Virus record (IMG/VR): IMGVR_UViG_3300023210_000011 | Span: 67,436-131,435 of that record | DNA length: 64,000 bases | Strand: one strand, 5' to 3' | Source: a virus | In this document: positions 37,401-45,588 of the stretch, piece after piece | Position numbering within the stretch: the stretch's first letter is position 1 | Layout of the letters: each line of letters begins with the position of its first letter | The notes under the pieces: model-generated | What the model was told of the DNA's origin: nothing | Databases searched by the model: none | What the model saw: the letters and a program-made list of their open reading frames with translations, nothing else | Position numbers and translations under genes: made by a program

Positions 37401-40400
37401 GCCGAGGATGTGTGGCTGCGGATCATGCGGGGAGAGCGCCCGCCGCCCCCGAAGGTCCCCCGCTCCATGGTCCACTTCCAGCACTACCTCCGTGCGATGG
37501 GGGTGAGTACATCCGAGAAGGGTGGAAAGTACAGCCTCATGCCCATGACGGATGCCCAGGCCGTTGCCCAGAGCAGTGGTCAGCTCACCCTCCCAGAGAA
37601 GACGCTCGCGGCCAAGGGCTCGCTGACTCGAGAGGAGCGGGGCGGCCTCTTTGACCGCGGCAAGACCGGAGGGCTTGACGGCCGGAAGTGGAGTCACATG
37701 GACCTGGGCATGCGCGTGCCCAACCCGGTCTTCGAAGAGCCTGTCCGGCTGCTGCTCCGGATGAAGAAGCCCGAGTTCCGGAAGCTCCTGTCCGAGTCCG
37801 GTGCGCAGGGTCGCAAGTCCGGCTTCACGATCATCGAGGAGAAGCTCCGCGCGTTGAACGTGGACACTGAGCTCAAGAAGAGCGAGAAGTCCCTGACGGA
37901 TGCGAAGAAGGGCAAGCTCAACGTGGAGTACAAGCGTGTTCGCTATCTCCGCGCCCTGAAGAAGCTGAAGCTGAAGCCGATCGACGCGTACACCAACCGT
38001 GTGATCCCGGTGCTTCCTCCGCAGCTCCGGAAGGTGAGCATCGGCTTTGACGGCACGCAGATCATCGACCCCGTCAACCAGATGTACGCCATCACCGGGT
38101 CTATGGTGAGGCAGCTCAAGAACGCGGAGAAGGAGCGTCTGCCGGTGGGGGACATCCAGAAGCTCCAGGCGGAGATCTACACGACCGTCAAGGCGCTGCG
38201 CACAACCGGGATGACGCTCGAGGGCAAGCAGCTCCCGAGTCTGATGGACAAGCTTTCGGGGGCGAGCAGCCAGCCGAAATATTCGTTCTTCCAGACGGGC
38301 GTACTCGGCAAGCGTCAGGATCTCTCTGGTCGCTCTGTGATCACACCAGATCCAGACCTCCCGCTGGATGAGGTCGGGGTCCCCCGCTCCATGGCCATGG
38401 AGATGTACAAGCCGTTCGTCATCCGGGAGCTCTGGCGCCGCATGGGGCGCGCGCGTACTCCACGAGAGGCGCGGGAGATGATCAAGAAGAACCACCCCGC
38501 CGCCAACGAGGCGCTGGCCCGCGTGGTGAAGGACCGTCCCGCGATCATGAAGCGGGACCCCGCCCTTCACATGTTCTCGATGATGGCCTTCCGCCCGAAG
38601 ATCGTAGAGGGCCGCTCCATCAAGATCCATCCCCTGGTCGTCGGAGGCTTCAACGCTGACTTCGATGGGGACACCATGGCCATGTACGTCCCGATCTCAG
38701 ACAAGGCGGTGGAAGAGGCGAAGGGCATGCTCCCCTCGAAGAATCTCTTCTCGCCCACTTCTGGCAACCTGATGGTCGCCCCGAGCCAAGATGGCGTCCT
38801 GGGGATCTACCAGGCGACCCGCTGGGGGAAGAAGAAGTCCGGATCCTTCACGCAGGAGGAGGCCCTCAAACTCATGAAGCAGGGCAAGCTGAAGTCCTAC
38901 GATGTGATCTCAGTCAAGGGGATGACGAAGCCCACCACCCCGGGCCGCCTGGCGCTGAACAAGACGCTCCCCGCGGAGTTCAAGGGAGATGCCGAGCTCC
39001 TGCATGACCCCAGCTTCCGCATGGCCAAGGGGAAGATGAAGGGTCTCGCTACGCGGGTCGCTCGAGCGCACCCAGGTGAGTTCGCCTCGATGATCGATCA
39101 GTGGAAGACGCTGGGGCACAATCTGGCCTACAAGAACGGGTCGAGCGTCAGCCTCAACGACTTCCATGACGGCTTCAAGCTCCGAGATGAGCGCCTCAAG
39201 AAGTACCAGGTGAAGGAGCGGGAGATCCGCAAGGGCTCCGGCAGCCAGAAGGAGAAGGACCAGAAGATCGTCAACCTGTACCGCAAGGCGCAGACAGAGC
39301 TCCGTGAGGTCGGCACCGCTCGGTACAACCGCACGGACAGCAACCGCATGTGGGACTGGGCGCAGAGCGGGGCGAAGGGCAACTGGAACCAGTTCGGCCA
39401 GCTCGTGATGGGCCCGATCTTGGTCCAAGATCCGATGAACAAGGAGGTCCCGTTCCCGATCGTGAAGTCGTTCGGAGAAGGCCTCCCCATCTCCCAGTAT
39501 TGGGCATCCCTGCATGGAGCGCGGAAGGGAACCATCGACCGCGCGAGCGCGACGGCGAAGCCTGGCGCGCTCACCAAGGAGCTTATCAACACGGTCATCG
39601 ACCAGACGATCAAGTCGGAAGACTGTGGCACCACGAAGGGCACCCTCCTCCCCGTGACGGATGCAGATGTTGGCGGCCGCTACCTGGCTGCTGATGTCCC
39701 CCTGAAGGGCGGCGATTCCCTCAAGAAGGGCACGCTCATCACTGAGCCCCTCCGCACGCGCCTCAAGAACTCGGGCCCCAAGAAGGTGCTGGTCCGGTCT
39801 CCCCTGGCCTGCAAGGAAGTGAAGGGGATCTGCGCCACCTGCTACGGGCTGAGCGAGCGCGGGAAGAACTACAAGGTCGGCACCAACGTCGGGGTCATCG
39901 CGGGGCACGCCCTCGGAGAGCCCATCACCCAGATGCAGATGCGGACGTTCCACACAGGTGGTGTGGGCGGTGCGGGAGATGTCGGAGACTACTTCACCGC
40001 GGCGGAAGACCTCCTCAAGGTCCCGAAGAAGCTGCGCGGTGAGGCGACGCTGGCGACCGTGTCGGGCCGCGTAGAGAAGATCATGAGCGACGCCCTGGGT
40101 GGAAAGATCGTGACGATCACTGGGAAGCAGCACACGGTCCCGCACACCAACCAGCTCCTCCCCAAGATTCGGGTAGGCGCGGAAGTGAAGAAGGCGGAGG
40201 CCCTCTCCACAGGCAGGAAGAACCCGAACCACATCCTCGAGATCACAAAGAGCATGGGTGCGGTTCGGAACCACCTGACGGAGAACCTGAACAGCCTCTA
40301 CGTGGAGACCACAGGGAACGAGCGGAGGCGCAACATCGAGACGGTGATCCGGGCGATGACCGATCTCACCAAGGTGAACAACCCCGGTGACGCCCCCAAC

Positions 40401-40787
40401 ATCCTGCGCGGGCAGATGCTCCCTCTGAGTGAGGTCGAGAACCTGAACAAAGACCTGCGCCGGGCAGGCAGGAAGGAGATCACCCACAGCCCCACGCTCA
40501 AGCCCCTCAACCAGGCTCCGCTGGCAGGGTCAGAGGACTGGATGGCGCGGCTCAACTTCCAGCGGCTGAAGGAGACGTACGTGGAAGGAGGGGCCCAGAA
40601 CTGGGTCTCTGACATCCACGGCCACCCCATCCCCGGAGCTGCCCACGGTGCTTCCTTCGGGCTCACTCCGCCGTCCCCCGCTACAATGCCCAAGTCGGCC
40701 CCCAAGCCACTTCCTGTCTCGCGGCCTGCGCCCCAAAAGAAGGCCCCGGCCTCGCCACCCTCCAGGTTCTCATTCTTCGGGAAATGA
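34461..40787 (+). CDS. rpoBC: Multisubunit-type RNA polymerase, beta-beta' fusion, 2108 aa
   Basis: beta: QTNPL, GLNFEDGIVIS, GDKLSGRHGNKG, PSRMNVGQ, GGQRIG, TYKSD. beta': VLPPQLR, LGKRQDLSGRSVI, catalytic NADFDGD (38652-38672), GARKG bridge helix, EDCGT, RSPLAC..GICATCYG, GEPITQMQMRTFHTGG trigger loop. One uninterrupted ORF. Confidence 0.97.
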   Translation: MSNLNPEAAHRSLVQKTKEAISSHFPIEGRKHRLELLSLVIEEGPKFSSANYESQAGARLTGKTWGPDIKAKFRLVDIETKKVLDEKTRTIGTLPKITTRYSYIVAGSERQFDGVFRLNPGAYHAEASNGDLLAKWNVAAGSKIGSFKIFIERKDPKKVGRMHLIVKSGDASTVKIAIYPVLKAMGISDEQMKSKFGEKIFEANRAAAKPGTLQRFHKAIENRKKSQDYKPPPPAEAAQFAKQVFEGAEVSADTMQSALGKKFEKISGEALLLSAAKLVGISKGRVKEDDRQSLSNKRLFGAEDFIHEHLTKGANIYSLQRKIRNNVDRRDRISEIIPAPGVGYGAAILSKFKAGQLPTQTNPLQFVSNHTKTTILGAEFGGIKGDNVNMMQDKLINPSHLGLLDPLQTPENSATGVVLHVPLGAKKKGHRLMAQVINVKTRRVEEKSAAELENAVVAYPDQVKVTKKADGTYSLKPRFSNVVVYDDERNTSKRPWNQVQYVLPSARNLFAISANLVPFIQNDNGNRAMMAAKHQEQAVGLQKREAPLVQSVQKGKASYERLVGAMAAITAVTDGTVSSVSKKAIVVKGPDGKASKYPLYDHYPLNGAKHMMHSTPLVEVGDKVKRGQVIADSNFTHKGTLALGTNLRVAYIPYKGLNFEDGIVISESAASSLVSSHLHSVEVEMTPNVVVNRKLWRQYAGAIKATPEALRKLDENGVIKKGTRVQPGDVLIAKLRKQDNTKETQVVKAALKKAIRDYVDAAEIWDHEYGGTVVRVVNTGKKLAVYVRTEQTMEIGDKLSGRHGNKGIVTKILPDDQMPRDKSGKHVEVLHSPAGIPSRMNVGQVLETAAGKIAKKTGKPFLVENFDPDKDYSQFVKDELKKHKLSDTEELFDPETGESLGQIFTGFQYTLKLDHQAEKKVTARAGGFGYKYRPTGEAAQGSGVGQGGQRIGGLDLYSMLAHGAVHNLREMQTYKSDREQAEDVWLRIMRGERPPPPKVPRSMVHFQHYLRAMGVSTSEKGGKYSLMPMTDAQAVAQSSGQLTLPEKTLAAKGSLTREERGGLFDRGKTGGLDGRKWSHMDLGMRVPNPVFEEPVRLLLRMKKPEFRKLLSESGAQGRKSGFTIIEEKLRALNVDTELKKSEKSLTDAKKGKLNVEYKRVRYLRALKKLKLKPIDAYTNRVIPVLPPQLRKVSIGFDGTQIIDPVNQMYAITGSMVRQLKNAEKERLPVGDIQKLQAEIYTTVKALRTTGMTLEGKQLPSLMDKLSGASSQPKYSFFQTGVLGKRQDLSGRSVITPDPDLPLDEVGVPRSMAMEMYKPFVIRELWRRMGRARTPREAREMIKKNHPAANEALARVVKDRPAIMKRDPALHMFSMMAFRPKIVEGRSIKIHPLVVGGFNADFDGDTMAMYVPISDKAVEEAKGMLPSKNLFSPTSGNLMVAPSQDGVLGIYQATRWGKKKSGSFTQEEALKLMKQGKLKSYDVISVKGMTKPTTPGRLALNKTLPAEFKGDAELLHDPSFRMAKGKMKGLATRVARAHPGEFASMIDQWKTLGHNLAYKNGSSVSLNDFHDGFKLRDERLKKYQVKEREIRKGSGSQKEKDQKIVNLYRKAQTELREVGTARYNRTDSNRMWDWAQSGAKGNWNQFGQLVMGPILVQDPMNKEVPFPIVKSFGEGLPISQYWASLHGARKGTIDRASATAKPGALTKELINTVIDQTIKSEDCGTTKGTLLPVTDADVGGRYLAADVPLKGGDSLKKGTLITEPLRTRLKNSGPKKVLVRSPLACKEVKGICATCYGLSERGKNYKVGTNVGVIAGHALGEPITQMQMRTFHTGGVGGAGDVGDYFTAAEDLLKVPKKLRGEATLATVSGRVEKIMSDALGGKIVTITGKQHTVPHTNQLLPKIRVGAEVKKAEALSTGRKNPNHILEITKSMGAVRNHLTENLNSLYVETTGNERRRNIETVIRAMTDLTKVNNPGDAPNILRGQMLPLSEVENLNKDLRRAGRKEITHSPTLKPLNQAPLAGSEDWMARLNFQRLKETYVEGGAQNWVSDIHGHPIPGAAHGASFGLTPPSPATMPKSAPKPLPVSRPAPQKKAPASPPSRFSFFGK

Positions 40788-41242
40788 CCATGAACAAGAT
40801 CGCCGCCTACGAAGCCGCTCTCGCACGCCTCGACGCAGAGAAGACCGCCGAGGCGATCATCGACGCATACGGCACTTCTGAGGGCTACATGCCGGGCCCG
40901 TACCTTCTCGCCTTCGACCAGATGGAGAAGGAGGCGGGCATCAAGGCCCTGCAGGAGTTCGGGAAGGGGTTGTTCCGCTCTGGCATGAAGGGAGCGAAGA
41001 CTGTCGGAACTCGGGTGGGGGGCACCCGAGAGGGGGGTAAGTTCGTCCGTGGCGGCTGGAAGATGAACAAGGGCATGGGCGCAGGAGATCAGCTCAAGTG
41101 GCTCGGGAGCCGCGCCCAGATGCACGTTGGTCGCGCCCTCCAGACCGGCGGCGGCCAGGCAGCCCTCGGTGCCGCGGGCGCTGCTGGAGTGGGTGCCGCC
41201 GGCTACGGAGGCTACCGCGTCCTCGGCGGTGGCCAGAAGTAG
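40784..41242 (+). CDS. KIAAYE-leader + basic amphipathic cargo protein, 152 aa
   Basis: MNKIAAYEAAL..EKTA...MEKEAG then K/G-rich cargo ending in an Ala/Gly helix. Confidence 0.75.
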   Translation: MTMNKIAAYEAALARLDAEKTAEAIIDAYGTSEGYMPGPYLLAFDQMEKEAGIKALQEFGKGLFRSGMKGAKTVGTRVGGTREGGKFVRGGWKMNKGMGAGDQLKWLGSRAQMHVGRALQTGGGQAALGAAGAAGVGAAGYGGYRVLGGGQK

Positions 41243-42340
41243 ATGGAGAGTCCCGCCACGCCAACCCGGGCGGTCTCAGCGCAGATCCACCTCGGCCGAG
41301 TGGTCGAGGTGGACCCCGACCGCTGGATCTGCCGCGTGATCGGCGATGACCCACCGAAGGAGTTCACTCCTGTTCTGGTGTCATCGCTGTTCATGGGCGC
41401 GTTGGGGGAAGGCATCCATGCCATGCCTGAGGTCGGTGCTCGGGTGTACGTGGCCGTACCGTCAGACGGGTCGCAGAAGTTCCTCGTCGGGTACGCGTAC
41501 ACCATGGATCCGACGACAGAGGATGCGCGCAAAGCGGGCTCTTTCCATTCCGGTCGCCCCTACTTGAACCCGGGGGATATCGCCGCGCTCTCTCGAGATC
41601 AGAACGGGGTGGTGATCCGGCGTGGGGGCATCGTAGAGATCCGCAGCACTCCGCTGGCTCGGACCATCTTCAACCCCCAGCAGAACCAGGTACTCACCCT
41701 GGCGGAGAACTGGGAGGTGGAGACATTCGGCGGGAAGATTTCCTGGCGAAACCTCCACAGAGAAGATGATCGAGATGGAGAGCTGACAGCTCAGTACGAG
41801 CACCAAGTACGCCAGTATGTGGATTCCCCCAGCTCTACGCTCCGCCTGCAGATGGGGGCTACCGAGGGGACCCGACTGGAGCTCGATGAGCCGGTAGACC
41901 GGCCTCCTCTGAAGGATGTCTCGACCAAGGTGACACTCCTTGCGGCAGGTGCCCTCGCGCCTCTGCCCATCACGATCCCTGTGCGGAGGCCCGACGCACC
42001 GGACCCCGCAGCGCGAGTAGTGGACTTCCGGGTCTACGACGACGAGATGGCCCCGGTGTCAGCCGAGAGCCTGACGTTCGGGATCTCCCGCCAGGGAGCG
42101 GCGCTCCTCGAGACTGCTGAGAAGATCAGGATCGCCAAGGACGTAGACACCGGCAATAGTGAGCCGGTCCTCCGGGGCAGTTCCTTCCTCTCCGCCCTCT
42201 CCAAGTCTCTCGCTGAGATCCAAGCAGGCCTGAACGCTCTGGGGGTCCCTACCCCGGACACGGCGGTCTTCTTGGGCGAGCTCGCCGCATCAGAGATCAC
42301 AGGGGAGCCCTTCCTTTCCTCCACGCTCGAGAGCGAGTAG
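41243..42340 (+). CDS. Baseplate central spike (gpV/gp5-like) protein, 365 aa
   Basis: N-terminal OB-fold pattern GRVVEVDPD...CRV...EGIHAMPEVGARVYV, followed by beta-rich repeats. Confidence 0.65.
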   Translation: MESPATPTRAVSAQIHLGRVVEVDPDRWICRVIGDDPPKEFTPVLVSSLFMGALGEGIHAMPEVGARVYVAVPSDGSQKFLVGYAYTMDPTTEDARKAGSFHSGRPYLNPGDIAALSRDQNGVVIRRGGIVEIRSTPLARTIFNPQQNQVLTLAENWEVETFGGKISWRNLHREDDRDGELTAQYEHQVRQYVDSPSSTLRLQMGATEGTRLELDEPVDRPPLKDVSTKVTLLAAGALAPLPITIPVRRPDAPDPAARVVDFRVYDDEMAPVSAESLTFGISRQGAALLETAEKIRIAKDVDTGNSEPVLRGSSFLSALSKSLAEIQAGLNALGVPTPDTAVFLGELAASEITGEPFLSSTLESE

Positions 42341-42341
42341 T

Positions 42342-42440
42342 ATGGGTTCACCCGTGCCTGCGAACATCACCTCTTGTTTGGAGGTTACGAGGCAGGCGAA
42401 CCTGGCTACGCGCGCCGGCACCAGTTCAGCCGTCCTGTAG
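42342..42440 (+). CDS. Possible micro-ORF, 32 aa
   Basis: MGSPVPANITSCLEVTRQANLATRAGTSSAVL fills the gap; its TAG overlaps the next RBS (TAGGAG). Confidence 0.3.
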   Translation: MGSPVPANITSCLEVTRQANLATRAGTSSAVL

Positions 42441-42450
42441 GAGCACCTCG

Positions 42451-43650
42451 ATGACTGCCCTCTTCCTTCCCGAGGTCGACCCGCATTCCTTCTTCGAGAA
42501 GGCGGCGTCCATCGCCAAGATGCCGGACGACGAGACGAAGTGGCCTGCGCATGTGCTGTCGAACCTGCACCAGCAGCTCCCGTTCCTCAGCCAGTTCGAA
42601 GTCAACATTGACATCCAGCGCATGGAGCCGGAGGCCGGATTCGCATTCGGGCACGCCATGCTGCTGCCGAAGAGTGATCCCGCTGCGGCGACCGAGTCGA
42701 AGAATCCTGAGAACATGCTCCGGATTCCGATCATCATCTCGGACCGACAGCTGCAGCCCTTCCACGTATTCGAGGTCGCGGGGAACGCGTTCCCCCTGAC
42801 CGCGGAGCGTGTGCAGTCTGCGCTCACCAGCCCGGCCATCTTCGACGGTCCGGCCAAGCGTCCGTCTGGGCAGAAGTCTCTGATCGACCAGCTGCACCCG
42901 CCCTACCAGCAGCGTCAGGGCTTTGGCCTCCACAAGTCTGCGGGGGCGCCGAACTACGAGAACATGAGTGCCGACCAGCTCCAGCAGATGGCGGAGCTCA
43001 AGCGGACGAAGAAGCTCGACAAATACCAGCGCGGGCTCTCCGGGAAGGAGAGGGTCGAAGGGGCCGTTCGTCAGTCCACCATCCCTATCGGGGTTGGTGC
43101 CGGTCTCGGGGCGCTCAGGGCGATGGGAGCATCGAAGGCCAAATGGGACAAGAAGGGCATCCAGCAGCGGCTTGGAGCCGGCCTCGGTGGCGCTCTTGTT
43201 GGTACTGGAACGGGTGCGGCCATCACCGCCGCCAATCAGGGAGTCCAGAACTGGCGGCGGAAGAAGCGAGATGCGGCGCGTAGGGAGATGGGCCTTCTCA
43301 AGAAGGAAGGTTCCGTCACCCTCAGTTTCAGCTCCTCGAACATGGTCCCGGCTTCTGCAGTAGTGGGGAGCCAGCGGCTTCCTCTGAAGAGCGGGGCCAC
43401 GGTGGCTTCCCTCGCCTTCTACCAGGTGCCCGGCACGAAGTTCGTGATGGCCGTACCTCGGAGCATGGCGAAGAAGCTCGAGAAGGTCTCGGACCAGCAG
43501 AAGCTCCGCAGCATGCTCAGCGGTGGGATGCGCGAGGAGATCCGGGCTGCACGCAGCGGACTCCCTTCCCCCGGCCTGTTCATGGTCTTCGAGAAGGCCA
43601 AGAAGGGCTACCGCTACCTCAAGCCCAGTCCCATCGCCGGCATGCGCTGA
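42451..43650 (+). CDS. Modular head protein: globular N-domain + KxA-bounded glycine-zipper cargo, 399 aa
   Basis: FEKAAS, HKSAG, KKEGS boundaries; GVGAGLGAL and GAGLGGALVGTGTGAA helices. Confidence 0.7.
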   Translation: MTALFLPEVDPHSFFEKAASIAKMPDDETKWPAHVLSNLHQQLPFLSQFEVNIDIQRMEPEAGFAFGHAMLLPKSDPAAATESKNPENMLRIPIIISDRQLQPFHVFEVAGNAFPLTAERVQSALTSPAIFDGPAKRPSGQKSLIDQLHPPYQQRQGFGLHKSAGAPNYENMSADQLQQMAELKRTKKLDKYQRGLSGKERVEGAVRQSTIPIGVGAGLGALRAMGASKAKWDKKGIQQRLGAGLGGALVGTGTGAAITAANQGVQNWRRKKRDAARREMGLLKKEGSVTLSFSSSNMVPASAVVGSQRLPLKSGATVASLAFYQVPGTKFVMAVPRSMAKKLEKVSDQQKLRSMLSGGMREEIRAARSGLPSPGLFMVFEKAKKGYRYLKPSPIAGMR

Positions 43651-44054
43651 TGCTCCCGTTCTACCCCAAGCTGGCTGCGGCATCCGACGCCCCGGGGTAC
43701 ACCCCGATCTCGTCGAGGGATGAGAAGTGCGAGGACTGCCGCTTCTACCGGGCCATCGCTTCCGGGGGCGGGTACTGCGAACAGTTCTCCTTCGGGGCAA
43801 CTCCAGAGGGTGTCTGCGATGACTACTCCCGGGTGGAGCGAGACCAGGTCAAGACAAGTTCGGCCATCGATCCGGCGCTCAGTGAATTGAAGCTGCGGAA
43901 GCAGTATGCCAGCCAGGCGGCCAGAGATTTGACTCGGGGAAAGGTCTCGAAAGACACTGCACTTGCGGCGATCCGTGCGGCCGAAACATCTCGGACTGCC
44001 AAGTTCCTCAAGCTGGTCGATACGATCGATCAGGAATACCCCAAGAAATCCTGA
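43650..44054 (+). CDS. Small protein with a HiPIP-like 4-Cys motif, 134 aa
   Basis: GY...CEDCRFY...GYCEQF...EGVCDDY; TGATG overlap. Confidence 0.6.
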   Translation: MLPFYPKLAAASDAPGYTPISSRDEKCEDCRFYRAIASGGGYCEQFSFGATPEGVCDDYSRVERDQVKTSSAIDPALSELKLRKQYASQAARDLTRGKVSKDTALAAIRAAETSRTAKFLKLVDTIDQEYPKKS

Positions 44055-44067
44055 GTAGGAGAAGCCC

Positions 44068-45579
44068 GTGACCACGCATTCTGGAGGGTCTCTCTGTCAG
44101 GCCATCTCAGGTACGCTCAACGAGAGCGACTTCGGCGCGTTCAACCAGGAGTTCGCAGACCCCAAGGTTCGCCGGCTCATCGAGAAGAACGCCTCGGTGA
44201 TGGCCTGTCTCGCCCGGCTCACTGAGCGCCCCATCACCAGCTCGGAGAAGCTGGCCTCTGCTGCTCGTTCCGCCTTCCGTCCGGGTACCGATGTCGTACA
44301 GGTGCGGCCAGACGGCTACGGCTACGTCATCAAGGTCTCTGCTGCCCCACAGGGCATGGCCCCGCAGGAGACCAAGGTGACGGCTCAGCAGGCCCAGCAG
44401 GCGCTCCCTCCGGAGATGCTGCAGGCCGCTGACCAGCAGGGAGCGGCTACCGTCACCAACGTCCAGGCTGCGCCCGACCCTCTGCAGGAGCAGGCGGTTC
44501 CGGTGAGTCAGTTCGGCATCTACAAGGTCACTGACGCCTCCACCGGGAAGCAGGTGGTGGGTTTTGTGCTCCCCACGCTGTTCGACCCGGTTGCGGGTCA
44601 GCCGACTCCGATGAAGCTCTTCACCAACGGGAGTCAGTATTCGGTGCAGCCGGAGATCGTGGGATCTCTCGTGGGGGTGAGCCACAACCTGCCGCTGCCC
44701 CAGAAGCCTGAAGTCCGAGGCTTCGGCGTCTTCGTGAAGGTCAACGAGAAGGCGATCGTCGCCACCGTGCCCTACACGATCCTCACCAAGGTCACGGTGG
44801 AGGGTCGTGGGTACTTCGCAGCGCAGGACATGAACCGACAGGACATCCGGATCATCCCCTCGGAGGGCCTGGCGTCTCCGGTCGCGTCATCTCCTACCGA
44901 GATCGCAATCCCTGCCGACTACAAGTTCCTCCCTCTGGACAACCCGGTGCAGCTCACCGCGGGGCCCGAGCTCATGAAGGCGGCGCAGGCCAACGCGTAC
45001 CCCACGATGGTGGAGATCCGCGCCTGGCAGGGCGGCTGTCGGCTTGACGGTCCGGTTTTCGACAAGCTCGGCTCCGGGGAGCATGACTGGGTGGACGGGG
45101 CCTTCTGGTTGGCTGCGGCGGGCATGCCGCAGAATCTCACCACTGCGATCTTCGAGAAGGCCGCAGCATCGGGAGAGGCGGTTCGCCTCTTCGGGCTCCA
45201 GCCGCTCTCGAGTCGGGATGAGTACCAGGTCGAGGCGGCGAAGGAAGCCGCGGTGGACATGCTCGACGTGCAGATCCCCAAGCGGGTCAACCTGATCAAG
45301 GAGATCAGCGCCATCTCCTTTGACAAGCGGGCCTCCGCCATGGTGGACACCGCGTCCGTGGATGCTGTCCTCGCGCTCAACTTCCTGAACCCCGAGAACG
45401 TGGACACCTTCGTGGAGTTCCTGCCCCAGCTCGAGGATGCGTCCACGAAGCTGGCGGGAGTAGTCCTCGCGGCGCAGGTCGGCCTGCAGTCCATCCCCAA
45501 GACCGCAGCGGTCCGTGCGCTGTTCGCACTTGAGGACGTCATCACCGGCCTCAAGAGCCTCAAGAAATACACCGTGTAG
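44068..45579 (+). CDS. Head-region protein with many KxA motifs, 503 aa
   Basis: AGGAG RBS, GTG start; EKNAS, EKLAS, MKAAQ, EKAAA, AKEAA, DKRAS. Confidence 0.75.
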   Translation: MTTHSGGSLCQAISGTLNESDFGAFNQEFADPKVRRLIEKNASVMACLARLTERPITSSEKLASAARSAFRPGTDVVQVRPDGYGYVIKVSAAPQGMAPQETKVTAQQAQQALPPEMLQAADQQGAATVTNVQAAPDPLQEQAVPVSQFGIYKVTDASTGKQVVGFVLPTLFDPVAGQPTPMKLFTNGSQYSVQPEIVGSLVGVSHNLPLPQKPEVRGFGVFVKVNEKAIVATVPYTILTKVTVEGRGYFAAQDMNRQDIRIIPSEGLASPVASSPTEIAIPADYKFLPLDNPVQLTAGPELMKAAQANAYPTMVEIRAWQGGCRLDGPVFDKLGSGEHDWVDGAFWLAAAGMPQNLTTAIFEKAAASGEAVRLFGLQPLSSRDEYQVEAAKEAAVDMLDVQIPKRVNLIKEISAISFDKRASAMVDTASVDAVLALNFLNPENVDTFVEFLPQLEDASTKLAGVVLAAQVGLQSIPKTAAVRALFALEDVITGLKSLKKYTV

Positions 45580-45588
45580 GAGGCCGCA

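Noticed and set aside
34461-40787. Host chromosomal rpoBC or a eukaryotic giant-virus RNAP
   Set aside because: No ribosomal-protein or nusG neighbours, flanked by portal and baseplate genes, Shine-Dalgarno sites throughout, and motifs are bacterial-like but strongly diverged.
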